From a virus (taxonomy: Duplodnaviria > Caudoviricetes): a stretch of 64,000 bases of DNA. Below the pieces are notes generated by a model. That model was not told the DNA's origin. It searched no databases and saw only the letters and a list, made by a program, of their open reading frames with translations. The DNA lies in IMG/VR virus record IMGVR_UViG_3300047375_000738; one strand, written 5' to 3'. Numbering within the stretch: the stretch's first letter is position 1; each line of letters starts with the position of its first letter. The position numbers and the translations under genes were made by a program. Below, piece after piece: positions 47,158-56,509 of the stretch.

Positions 47158-48500
47158 GTAAATGTACTTTTTGTCCGCTGCCGTGGAATAGCATAAATCT
47201 ACGTAATAATGGTGACCTAAGGATTTGCTGTAATACAAATAGTTACAGTCCGCAGCGTGGTATTATGCGCAAAGAAAATGGCACTCCATACAATGCTGGC
47301 AAAGACGATTGGAACGAAGCAAGAAATGCTGAATTACTCAAAGAAGTGCGAGCTAGTATGTTAAAAGGAGAATGGCATCCTGAATGCGAACGTTGTAGAC
47401 AAGAAGAAAAAAACGGAATACGCAGCCGCCGAGAGTACGAAAACGAAGACTGGGGTAAGTGGTTTGGAGATGTTAGTCTAGAAAAAATGGCACCTATCAC
47501 ACAAGAAGACGGAACAATAGATACAAGCAAACAAGATATAGAGTTTATTGATATAAGATACGGAAACTTTTGCAACCTTAAATGTAGAATGTGCGGTCCT
47601 ACTGACAGTCACACATGGTATGACGACTTTGTTAAACTACATGGTAGAACACATTACAAAGATACTCACGATAAAATTCAATTAACAAAAAATGCAAAAG
47701 GTCGTTGGAGCACAGATCAATATGATTGGTTTCAAAACAGCAATAGATATTGGGACAACTTTGAAAAGTATGCACCAAACAGCAAAAAAATATACATTGT
47801 TGGTGGAGAACCTTTAATTATTGATGAACACACTGAAAGTTTAGAAAGACTTGTTGCAAGTGGCAAGTCAAAAAATGTAAGATTGGAGTACAACACAAAT
47901 CTAACCATGGTACCTAATAAACTTGTACACTTATGGGAGCAGTTTAAACAGGTAAGAATTGGAGTAAGCATTGATGGCGTGGGAGATGTATTTGACTATC
48001 AAAGAACTCCAGCTAAATGGAGTGCTGTATATCGCAATATGCAAAAGCTAGAAGAAGCAGATATAAATCTCAAAGCATGGTATGCATTTACAGTAACACC
48101 TTATAATGTGTTTCATTTTCCTGAATTTATGAAATGGAAATTAGAAGATAGCGGATTAGATAGTTACAATCCTATTACTGGTCCTCGTCCTATTGTAACA
48201 CATCATATGTGTCATAGTCCTAAGTATTTTAATGTAAAAGTTTTACCACCTGAGCTAAAGGCACAAGTTTCAGAATATTATAAAATCTTTAGAGAATGGA
48301 TTAGAACTACTGAATACAGCGACCATATAAAACAAAACTTTGAAAAACTACTTGACGGAGTTGAAAAATTTATGTTAAGTGAAGACTACAGTGAAGAATG
48401 GTTAGGTCATTTTGTTGATCAAACAAAAAAACTAGACGAAATACGAAATCAAAATGTATTAGATATTGTACCACAATACAAGGATTTATTTAATGGATAG
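47154..48500 (+). CDS. Radical SAM protein with N-terminal twitch domain
   Basis: FCPLPW..ICC..CERC, CNLKCRMC, VGGEP. Confidence 0.9.
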   Translation: MSKCTFCPLPWNSINLRNNGDLRICCNTNSYSPQRGIMRKENGTPYNAGKDDWNEARNAELLKEVRASMLKGEWHPECERCRQEEKNGIRSRREYENEDWGKWFGDVSLEKMAPITQEDGTIDTSKQDIEFIDIRYGNFCNLKCRMCGPTDSHTWYDDFVKLHGRTHYKDTHDKIQLTKNAKGRWSTDQYDWFQNSNRYWDNFEKYAPNSKKIYIVGGEPLIIDEHTESLERLVASGKSKNVRLEYNTNLTMVPNKLVHLWEQFKQVRIGVSIDGVGDVFDYQRTPAKWSAVYRNMQKLEEADINLKAWYAFTVTPYNVFHFPEFMKWKLEDSGLDSYNPITGPRPIVTHHMCHSPKYFNVKVLPPELKAQVSEYYKIFREWIRTTEYSDHIKQNFEKLLDGVEKFMLSEDYSEEWLGHFVDQTKKLDEIRNQNVLDIVPQYKDLFNG

Positions 48501-49650
48501 CTTCTGTCCTTATATCGACAAGGCATTAAGATTTGAGTTTAGCACAAATCAAGACAATGATCTAGTTTTTAGGACTAGACCTTGTTGTCATATGCATGGA
48601 GGAAAGTTTGATAACCAGTATAAGAAATGGCAAGTTTGTAATACATGGCAAGACTTAGAATCTCACGACAATAGATTATATTTTTTAGATTGGCAAAAAA
48701 ATACTGACAAATTGCACGATGCATGTCATCCTTGTATAGAAGTAGAAAAACATAACCCTACAAAAAGTCCTAGATTTATTTTTCCTAAAGAAACTGTGCT
48801 AGACTATCATATTTTAGATGTTGTAGTTGGCAACACTTGTAATTTAGCCTGTCCTTTTTGTGCTCCAAATGTTAGTAGCCTTATAGAAAAAATTACATCG
48901 GGTTATAAAGATAGATCTAAACTTCCTGGTAAATGGAGTCACGATCCTGAAGTAAATGGCAATCCTTCTAAGGTTGCTAAAGTAGTTGCAGATTTTTTAA
49001 AAAATAGGAATATAGGCGAACTTAAAATTATTGGCGGCGAACCTCTATTGGCAGAAAACTGGACAGAAATAGGCAAAGTTATAGATCAAGGATTGTGTTC
49101 TGACACAACACTTGTATTTACTACAAATGGTACAGTAATGAATGAAAAGATTATCAAAAATTTAAAACAGGTAAAAGATTCTAAAGTAACAGTGAGCATA
49201 GATAGTATAGGGTCTAACTATGACTTTATCCGTTGGCCTTATAAGTACAACAAGGTGCAACAAAATGTAGATTACCTTATCGATCAAAAACCAAATAGCA
49301 CATGGGTAAATGTTGATGGCTTAGTCACTATAATTAATTTTGAATTTTTACCTGATATTATAGAAGAGTTTAAACGTTGGCCGAGTTTTAGTTTTATGTT
49401 TGATTTAAAACCAGATGGTAGTGAACTTGATTATAAGGTTTTATCAAAGGATATCATTAATCAAGTTTATAAAAATATAAATTTTGATAATGTAAAAAAA
49501 CAATTAGAATTTACATTAGATAACTACGACGATCTAAATATGAGTTATTTAAAATCCAAGACTAAAAATAGTTTAGAATGGTTTTTAAAACAACGCAGAA
49601 TGGATAAAACTGTCTTAGGAGAAAATACTTTAAAGTATTTAGGCATGTAG
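48493..49650 (+). CDS. Radical SAM protein with N-terminal twitch domain (divergent)
   Basis: Start ATG 48493. FCPY..PCC..CHPC, CNLACPFC, IGGEP. Confidence 0.85.
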   Translation: MDSFCPYIDKALRFEFSTNQDNDLVFRTRPCCHMHGGKFDNQYKKWQVCNTWQDLESHDNRLYFLDWQKNTDKLHDACHPCIEVEKHNPTKSPRFIFPKETVLDYHILDVVVGNTCNLACPFCAPNVSSLIEKITSGYKDRSKLPGKWSHDPEVNGNPSKVAKVVADFLKNRNIGELKIIGGEPLLAENWTEIGKVIDQGLCSDTTLVFTTNGTVMNEKIIKNLKQVKDSKVTVSIDSIGSNYDFIRWPYKYNKVQQNVDYLIDQKPNSTWVNVDGLVTIINFEFLPDIIEEFKRWPSFSFMFDLKPDGSELDYKVLSKDIINQVYKNINFDNVKKQLEFTLDNYDDLNMSYLKSKTKNSLEWFLKQRRMDKTVLGENTLKYLGM

Positions 49651-50319
49651 TTTGTAACTATTCCATAATCTATCGGGCCACGTTGTACCTTTTTTTCCGT
49701 GTACAATCAAATGATATCTATCATCGTTACTATTATTGTACACACAATGTTTATTATAAAGATTAAGCATAATAACACTTCCTTGTTGAAAAGGTAGATA
49801 TCCTATATCTTCCATATAAAACTTGCAATCTTCTGGGTTGTTTAACGCAATATTAATAGGACCTAATCTTGCTTCGTCTAAATCAAATACATCTTGATGT
49901 AAATCTATATAACCACCTGGACGCAATTTCATAATTCTTATTCTGTCATACAAGTTGTACCCAAATGACTTTTTAAAAAAACGTGTTATTGTTGGACAGA
50001 AGTTACTTATATCAGTCCATTTATAAGGCGCATTGTTTCTATCAGGAAATCCATACCGAGAATGATGATCAGTGTGTACACTACTTAATCCATGTATACA
50101 TAAACTTTGCCACCCATCACTTTCTTTTGCTCTATGTGTAACATATTGATCGCTTAATGATTTAGCTTCTTTTAGCATTTTCTCCCATTTAGCATTTTCA
50201 AATCCTGCTATAGGAAGAAACGGTATGTTCTTTGCCTTATACAATTTATCGATGCTATCGATGTTTTTATCATATACTTGTTTTGCAGGATAGTTGTATT
50301 GTTCGATAAATTTATCCAT
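49639..50319 (-). CDS. AspH-like 2OG-Fe(II) oxygenase, paralog of 27634..28374
   Basis: GWQSLCIHG, RIRIMKLRPGGYIDLHQD, HCVYNNSNDDRYHL. Confidence 0.8.
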   Translation of the reverse strand: MDKFIEQYNYPAKQVYDKNIDSIDKLYKAKNIPFLPIAGFENAKWEKMLKEAKSLSDQYVTHRAKESDGWQSLCIHGLSSVHTDHHSRYGFPDRNNAPYKWTDISNFCPTITRFFKKSFGYNLYDRIRIMKLRPGGYIDLHQDVFDLDEARLGPINIALNNPEDCKFYMEDIGYLPFQQGSVIMLNLYNKHCVYNNSNDDRYHLIVHGKKGTTWPDRLWNSYKLHA

Positions 50320-50332
50320 TGTAAGATCCTTT

Positions 50333-50340
50333 TATAAATA
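50333..50340 (+). promoter_or_regulatory. TATAAATA box 5 nt before ATG
   Basis: TATAAATA-TAAAC-ATG(50346). Confidence 0.55.
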
Positions 50341-50345
50341 TAAAC

Positions 50346-51668
50346 ATGGTACTTAATAAATATTTAGTCATCTTTCTAAACAACACCGCAGAAATTAAAA
50401 ACAATAAAATTAAGACTTATTGTCAAAATTTATTGCAATACTGGGCTTTAGAAATCAGTGTTCAAGTAAAAGTCAAAGTCTTTACATACATGGAGTCAGC
50501 ATTAGATTTTGTTGAAAATTGGAGTGACCACAAGCATGTAGTAATTATTGATATTGGAAATGATTTAGAAGTAAATGGACAGTTTATTTCAAAACTAATA
50601 GAAAATATTAATGATGACGATGTGCTAGTAGGACATATATTAGATAAACAAGATAGATACTATGAATTACACAATCAATGTTTCTATTTTAATGCAGATG
50701 TTTGGAAAAGTATAGGATGCCCCGAATATGGTCATAAAGAAAAAAAATTGTTATGCAATGTGCCTTTGAGATCTAAACAGAATCATCATGACGATTACAC
50801 TCCTTATTGGATTGCTCCTGGCACACAAGAGAAGCTTTACACTGATTTAAAACAAGGATACAATTTTATTAAATCGTTTTTAGATGCAGGCTTTACTATT
50901 AAAAGTTTTAACAAAAGTATTCGAGATAGCAAGGCATATTCTTATCCATATGAAATTGACGATCAGTTTCAAAATATTATTGATTTTAATTTTATTAAAA
51001 AATATTATCTATATAACACAGAAAAACAAAGATTGGAACAAATTCCAAATAAAAAAATAAAAAGATTTGCAACAGTTTGTGCAGGACTCAATCATTTAAA
51101 AGTTTTAAAAGATAAAGGATTTGACAGCGATACAAAATTGCTGTTTTATGATTGGGATGAGTTTAGTGTAGAAATGATGAAAGCTATATATTATCAATGG
51201 AACGGAATAGATTACGAAAATTTTGTAAAAGACACTGCAACTAAATTAAAATACACTGGAACTATTGTTGAAGATTGTAATAGAGAAAAAGAGTTTTTTG
51301 ATTTTTTTGGAGGCGAAAAACAATTTCAATCATGGTTTGCTGAACTAAGAGAAACAGTAACTTTTGATTTCAAACACATAGACATTATGCAATACAATGA
51401 AAACACTTTTGAAAAATTCTTTAATGCAAAAGGATTTAAATTATTTTGGTTAAGTAATATTTTCCATTACAAGCCTACAAGTATAATATATAATTTAGAA
51501 CAAAGAGCAAAAATACAAGATAGAGTAATTACAGCATTACCCAAGGAAAAGAATATGTTTGTTTTTTCTGATAGTTGTATATTAGATCAGTCTAAGATTT
51601 TTTCAACACTAGATTACAAAGAGAAAATTATAAATGCAAAACAGACACAGGAAGAGATATTAGTATGA
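50346..51668 (+). CDS. Conserved unknown enzyme-like protein, paralog of 26511..27659
   Basis: YYELHNQCF, HDDYTPYWIAPG, LFYDWD, LSNIFHY. Confidence 0.65.
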   Translation: MVLNKYLVIFLNNTAEIKNNKIKTYCQNLLQYWALEISVQVKVKVFTYMESALDFVENWSDHKHVVIIDIGNDLEVNGQFISKLIENINDDDVLVGHILDKQDRYYELHNQCFYFNADVWKSIGCPEYGHKEKKLLCNVPLRSKQNHHDDYTPYWIAPGTQEKLYTDLKQGYNFIKSFLDAGFTIKSFNKSIRDSKAYSYPYEIDDQFQNIIDFNFIKKYYLYNTEKQRLEQIPNKKIKRFATVCAGLNHLKVLKDKGFDSDTKLLFYDWDEFSVEMMKAIYYQWNGIDYENFVKDTATKLKYTGTIVEDCNREKEFFDFFGGEKQFQSWFAELRETVTFDFKHIDIMQYNENTFEKFFNAKGFKLFWLSNIFHYKPTSIIYNLEQRAKIQDRVITALPKEKNMFVFSDSCILDQSKIFSTLDYKEKIINAKQTQEEILV

Positions 51669-52417
51669 AAGTAAACTTTGGAAATCACAACATAGATAAA
51701 ATTGATTTAAATTTTCACAAAACAAACTTTGAAAAAATATTAAAGTCTAAAAATGCAAAAATTACAGGTGCAAATGACCTTAATAGATTTTGTAAAATCG
51801 AACCGCATGAAGAAAATAAAAAATTAAAGAACTTTTTTAATGAGTGCTTTGATGTAAATTTAGATTGGGGATTAGAATATTTTCATAGTGGCGAGCCTGC
51901 AGGTTTGCATACTGATTATGACAGACAATATTATAATAAGGCTGACTGCTGGGAAGGCCGAAATGGAGAAATGACACATTACAATGAAATTGTATTAGGT
52001 GTTATAATACCCTTAGATTGGAATAGTAGACAACCTTATACTATAAATTATGACAAAATAGCTACTGAGCCTCGAAAGCTCATGTACCGACAAGGGGAAA
52101 TGCGTTATAAAGATACAAATGAAGTTGTTGATTATCGAGGATCGCCGAATTGGTGGGAATGGAAATATGATCAGGAAGTTTTAAAATACAATCCCATTGG
52201 AAGCGGATATGTTGGAGAGTATGCAAATTTAAAAGTTGATAGTGTTTATAAATGGGAATTAGGAACAATGATGTTGTTTGATCCAGCAAGGTGGCACAGT
52301 AGTAGTTGGTTCTTATCAACAAGAAAAATACCAGACAATTTTGAATCATCGGTAGAATATAAAAGAGCAATAATAGGGTTTGGTACTAAGAATGTTGAAA
52401 TAGGTACAAAGAAGTAA
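51665..52417 (+). CDS. 2OG-Fe(II) oxygenase-like protein (second subfamily)
   Basis: GLHTD, VIIPL, WELGTMMLFDPARWHSS. Confidence 0.6.
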   Translation: MKVNFGNHNIDKIDLNFHKTNFEKILKSKNAKITGANDLNRFCKIEPHEENKKLKNFFNECFDVNLDWGLEYFHSGEPAGLHTDYDRQYYNKADCWEGRNGEMTHYNEIVLGVIIPLDWNSRQPYTINYDKIATEPRKLMYRQGEMRYKDTNEVVDYRGSPNWWEWKYDQEVLKYNPIGSGYVGEYANLKVDSVYKWELGTMMLFDPARWHSSSWFLSTRKIPDNFESSVEYKRAIIGFGTKNVEIGTKK

Positions 52418-52427
52418 GAAAAGTAGA

Positions 52428-52448
52428 TCTGGCCCAAATTGAGCCAGA
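52428..52448. terminator. Candidate hairpin terminator between convergent genes
   Basis: TCTGGC/GCCAGA stem in the only non-overlapping convergent junction. U-rich runs follow on both strands but are imperfect. Confidence 0.35.
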
Positions 52449-52474
52449 AATATGTTTTTATGTTAACAACTAAT

Positions 52475-53110
52475 TTATCTGTGGTAATGTACTGTAATAG
52501 GTTCTTTGACAAAACTGTGCAGCATTCTACCAGTTTTATGATGTACTTTACGATCCAAACTGTCGTCTTTAATGCCAACGCCGATCATTAGTTCGATACT
52601 GTTATTTGAACCAATGATTTCCTGTATAGGTTCATTAATAAAACATGCACAATAACCAGTTCTGTAATCTAGTTGACTTGCAATTATATTTACATAACCA
52701 GCTGCAATTCCAATCGCCATATGTTGATCTCGAATCCAATTTTTTTCTAATTCACCATCGTGATTTTTCCACTTTTCTATGTACTTGGGTGATCTAACTG
52801 TATCAGTAAAAATAAATAAACTATGTGCAAGAACTTGACTATTTGTAGTAAATTCTGCATTGCCAGTTTCTTCATTTGTGATACCTAAACCATTGGTGTT
52901 CTTGTGAATTTCTTCAATACTATTTCTATTTGTAATTACATGTAAATCATAAAATTTAAAGTTTTGTTTACTTGGGCAATTAGTTGCAGCATGAACAAGA
53001 AGATCTATATCACCCTGGTGCATTTCTTGACTTAGGTCCCAATTTCTTTGAACATGCTGGCTGCGAATAACAGCTTTTTTGATATTTGTACTAGCGTCAT
53101 CTAAAAACAT
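52475..53110 (-). CDS. Nitroreductase-family flavoprotein
   Basis: IRSQHVQRNW, CPSKQN, MAIGIAAG..ASQLDYRTGYC, IGVG. Confidence 0.75.
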   Translation of the reverse strand: MFLDDASTNIKKAVIRSQHVQRNWDLSQEMHQGDIDLLVHAATNCPSKQNFKFYDLHVITNRNSIEEIHKNTNGLGITNEETGNAEFTTNSQVLAHSLFIFTDTVRSPKYIEKWKNHDGELEKNWIRDQHMAIGIAAGYVNIIASQLDYRTGYCACFINEPIQEIIGSNNSIELMIGVGIKDDSLDRKVHHKTGRMLHSFVKEPITVHYHR

Positions 53111-53134
53111 CTGGTTCTCCTGATATGTTAATAG

Positions 53135-53142
53135 TATTTATG
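53135..53142 (-). promoter_or_regulatory. CATAAATA late-type box
   Basis: Followed by AGGAG and ATG 53110. The same variant precedes the paralogous nitroreductase. Confidence 0.45.
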
Positions 53143-53211
53143 GGTAATAAGTAAAGTAAAAGAGATTTTTATCAAGAAGTTGCTTATACCAATATTCAAC
53201 ACTTAAATATA

Positions 53212-53240
53212 TTGACAGAACACAAAACGGATGCTATAAT
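53212..53240 (+). promoter_or_regulatory. Consensus sigma70 promoter with extended -10, leaderless
   Basis: TTGACA, 17 nt, TGc-TATAAT, then 5 nt to ATG 53246. No SD. Confidence 0.85.
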
Positions 53241-53245
53241 ATAAT

Positions 53246-54358
53246 ATGACAGAAGATTTAAAATGGTCAAATTATGACTTTACAAAAATACCCTTTGACG
53301 ACATTGTTAGTGTTGGTCAGCGTACCCTGTTGTATCGTGATATATTTACTGTTAGTTGGCTCCTTGGAAGGTTCTGTAATTACAAATGCTCCTACTGCTG
53401 GCCTTATGCCCGCAGCGACCGTAAGGATCACCGTCCTACCGAACTATGCACACGGACCATAGATGAAATAAAGAGGCAAGCACGTGAAAACGGATTTAAT
53501 AGTTATCATTTTAGTCTTAGTGGCGGTGAGCCTACTTTCCATCCTGGCTACTTGGACATTCTACAGCATCTGGCTGATGACGTAGACAATACTAACTATA
53601 CCAGCGTACACATGACTAGTAACTGTAGTCGTAACATGCGTTGGTTTGAGCAGTATGTAGAAGCAGTAAAGCCGTTCCACCGTGCAAGCATTACAGCAAG
53701 TTTGCACACAGAGCACTTAAATACAAAGGAGAAGATGCAGGAGTTCGCAGACAAATTAATCCTGTGTCAAGAACACGATGTACAAGTTACAATTAATATG
53801 GTTATGGTTCCAGACTGGTTTGAACGAGATTGGGAAAATGCCCTGTTCTTCCACGAGCAAGGAATCAACGTCACACTCAAGCCGCAATCAGACCCTACTG
53901 CTAGTAGGGTGGTTGATGGATACAAACCGGAGGACCTAAAACGTTTACACAACGGCATGCCACAACGTGCGTACACAGAAAGCAAACGCAAGTGGGAAGG
54001 TCGTCCTAAACCAACATTTGAAATACCTACAGGTGTTGATGGAAAGCTGGACACTACTATACCGTGGCACATGCAAATTGAAATGAAAGATGCTAACGGC
54101 AAAAACTGGTATATGGATCAAGCAGAACGTTTTAATGCATTTAACTTCAACAACTTTAAAGGTTGGAGTTGTAATGCAGGATATCAGGGTATTATTATTA
54201 GAGAACCTGATGGCAGTGTTAAACGCAGTTATAGTTGTCACGATGTACCACTTGGGAATATTGAAACAGGATTTAAACTGTTTGATAAAGCTATGCCTTG
54301 TATAACAGGTAGTTGTGTCAGCAGTGCTGATAGCAAAATTCCTAAAAGGAAGTTATAA
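53246..54358 (+). CDS. Radical SAM protein, C-terminal SPASM/twitch-like
   Basis: CNYKCSYC, SGGEP, GWSCNAG..SC..PCITGSCVSSAD. Confidence 0.9.
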   Translation: MTEDLKWSNYDFTKIPFDDIVSVGQRTLLYRDIFTVSWLLGRFCNYKCSYCWPYARSDRKDHRPTELCTRTIDEIKRQARENGFNSYHFSLSGGEPTFHPGYLDILQHLADDVDNTNYTSVHMTSNCSRNMRWFEQYVEAVKPFHRASITASLHTEHLNTKEKMQEFADKLILCQEHDVQVTINMVMVPDWFERDWENALFFHEQGINVTLKPQSDPTASRVVDGYKPEDLKRLHNGMPQRAYTESKRKWEGRPKPTFEIPTGVDGKLDTTIPWHMQIEMKDANGKNWYMDQAERFNAFNFNNFKGWSCNAGYQGIIIREPDGSVKRSYSCHDVPLGNIETGFKLFDKAMPCITGSCVSSADSKIPKRKL

Positions 54359-55782
54359 TGGCAAACTTTATTATCTTTGCAGGAATGCAGGAACCAGAAC
54401 ATTATGCTGTACGTTCCGGCGGACAATATCAACTTGCCTCGTGGTTACGTTCTTTTGGGTATACTGTAAAAGTAATAGACTTTTGTTTTAAGATTAGCCC
54501 TAACATTTTAGAAGAAATAGCTAACAAACATGTTGACGAGAATACACTTGCATTTGGAGTAAGTACTACTTTTTGGAATATTGACGTAGTTGTACATGAT
54601 GGAGTAAAAATCGGCGGCATTTGTTGTCCTAAATGGGTAACACATTTAAAAGAAAAGTTTCAACAAACACATCCTAATATAAAATGGGCACTTGGAGGAT
54701 CAAACTCGTATTCTAGTGTAATAGACGATAACGACTGGATTCGTATACATCAGTTTGCAGAAGATGAAACACTTGCAATGTTAGATACCTTATCAAACAA
54801 AATAGAAGTGCGTCCACTATTTAATATACAAAATTTTACACGAAAGTATCACAATGATGATGCTATTCAGCCCTATGAAACATTAAGTATTGAAATAAGC
54901 AGAGGGTGTATATTTAAATGTAAGTTTTGTCAGTTTCCTTTAATCGGTCGAAAAAAAGGAACTAATATAAGGCGTGAAGAAGATATTCGTACAGAGTTAT
55001 TACAAAACTATCAGCAGTTTGGTACTACCAAATATTATTTTAGCGATGATACATTTAATGAAAGTTTGGATAAAGTACAAATGATTCATCGTATTAGTAA
55101 GTCTTTGCCATTTGAGTTAGAATATGTTGCTTATTTAAGAATAGACTTATTAGCAGCTAATCCTGAAATGATAACTTTACTTCCTGAATCTGGATTGCGC
55201 AGTGCTTTTTTTGGCATTGAAACTTTTCAAACACAGGGTGCAAAAGCAATAGGAAAAGGATGGAACGGACAAAACGCAAAAGCCTTTTTGTTAGAACTAA
55301 AAAAAGAATGGAAAGATAAAACAAACTGGTGGATGGGAATGATTGTAGGTTTACCAGGGTGGAATAAAGAACAAGAAGAAATAGATTTACAATGGATGAT
55401 AGATAATGATATGAGTTGCTGGTGGCATTGGGCATTATACATTAATCCTATTAATGTCGAAGACGGCTCTCCGTTTGTAAGCGAGTTTGAAAAAAACTAT
55501 GAAAAGTATGGATACCAGTTCACAGATGATAATCTTGTTAACTGGGTAAATGGTGATTTAGTACATACTGAGTTAGTTCAAGTAGCACTTGATTTAAACG
55601 ACAAGTCTTTTCAGTACAAAAAAGTTGCTGGATTTCGAATAGGAGAATTTAGTACGTCTTTACAATGCTCAATGGCAGATCTTGTAAATGTATACGAGAT
55701 AGACGTATCCTACGATTTGTTATTGAATAATACAAAACAGTTTGTAAATAAATATATCGAATGCCAGTTGCAGGAAACCTAA
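54358..55782 (+). CDS. B12-binding-domain radical SAM protein (class B methylase-like)
   Basis: N-terminal G.Y.LAS.LR..G..V.VID..GVSTT..GGS Rossmann-like domain, EISRGCIFKCKFC, DDTF, GIET, IVGLPG. Confidence 0.8.
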   Translation: MANFIIFAGMQEPEHYAVRSGGQYQLASWLRSFGYTVKVIDFCFKISPNILEEIANKHVDENTLAFGVSTTFWNIDVVVHDGVKIGGICCPKWVTHLKEKFQQTHPNIKWALGGSNSYSSVIDDNDWIRIHQFAEDETLAMLDTLSNKIEVRPLFNIQNFTRKYHNDDAIQPYETLSIEISRGCIFKCKFCQFPLIGRKKGTNIRREEDIRTELLQNYQQFGTTKYYFSDDTFNESLDKVQMIHRISKSLPFELEYVAYLRIDLLAANPEMITLLPESGLRSAFFGIETFQTQGAKAIGKGWNGQNAKAFLLELKKEWKDKTNWWMGMIVGLPGWNKEQEEIDLQWMIDNDMSCWWHWALYINPINVEDGSPFVSEFEKNYEKYGYQFTDDNLVNWVNGDLVHTELVQVALDLNDKSFQYKKVAGFRIGEFSTSLQCSMADLVNVYEIDVSYDLLLNNTKQFVNKYIECQLQET

Positions 55783-55783
55783 A

Positions 55784-56509
55784 ATGTATTATTCTAAAGA
55801 ACTAATGAAGGCTCAAAACAAAACAATGTTTCCTTCTGAGTTGTTTGAAAACTTTTTTAGTACCAGCGAGTTTGACAAAATAAAAACTATAGCAGCCGAG
55901 CTTGAAGAAAACGATCCTGTTGTACATTCAGGACAACAGTATACTAAGTTTAACTATTATGAAAGTACGCTTGATAGTCTACTTAGCGACCGCATAAAAG
56001 ATATAATAGGACCTCACAATGTATATCTATCAGTAGTTTCAAACACACTTGGTAATCCTGTTCCAACGCATACTGATCATAACTTAGCTGATGTTAGAGA
56101 AAATGCGTTACCCTATGCAACACTGTGTATTCCTTTAGATGTTGTAAGTGAGGATAGTAATTGGGGAACAGCATCTACTATAACATTTGACCAATATTAT
56201 TTTCCTGATCAAGACTGGGAACAACGCCGTCATATTTTTACAGGTTTCTTAAAACCTAACACAATAAAAAACTCACAAGGATTTATAAAAGAAACTACTA
56301 TTACACAGGAATATTATAATCGGTATTTAAATCAACATGAAGATTACAGTTTTTTTGAAGGAATGAGTATTGAAAAAATAATAGAATGGAAGAAAAATAG
56401 TCTTATGCTATGGCATCAATGTAGATTTCATTGTAGCGATTCATATAAAAGTTCGGGTACTAAAAACAAGAAAAGTATAATACTATGGACCACAAAGGAA
56501 AGTCAGTGA
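55784..56509 (+). CDS. 2OG-Fe(II) oxygenase-like protein (second subfamily)
   Basis: PTHTD, LCIPL, TITFDQ, WKKNSLMLWHQCRFHCS. Confidence 0.6.
   Translation: MYYSKELMKAQNKTMFPSELFENFFSTSEFDKIKTIAAELEENDPVVHSGQQYTKFNYYESTLDSLLSDRIKDIIGPHNVYLSVVSNTLGNPVPTHTDHNLADVRENALPYATLCIPLDVVSEDSNWGTASTITFDQYYFPDQDWEQRRHIFTGFLKPNTIKNSQGFIKETTITQEYYNRYLNQHEDYSFFEGMSIEKIIEWKKNSLMLWHQCRFHCSDSYKSSGTKNKKSIILWTTKESQ

Noticed and set aside
53111-53245. Largest intergenic gap (135 bp) considered for a tRNA, riboswitch or sRNA
   Set aside because: No cloverleaf or stable GC stem seen. It is explained by two divergent promoters.
7895-56505. Longer ORF-track starts (7895, 9160, 19690, 19714, 27716, 30522, 32695, 37736, 40138, 45168, 48466, 56485)
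   Set aside because: They create long overlaps with neighbours or cross promoters. Downstream starts fit coupling, SD, promoter spacing and paralog N-termini better.
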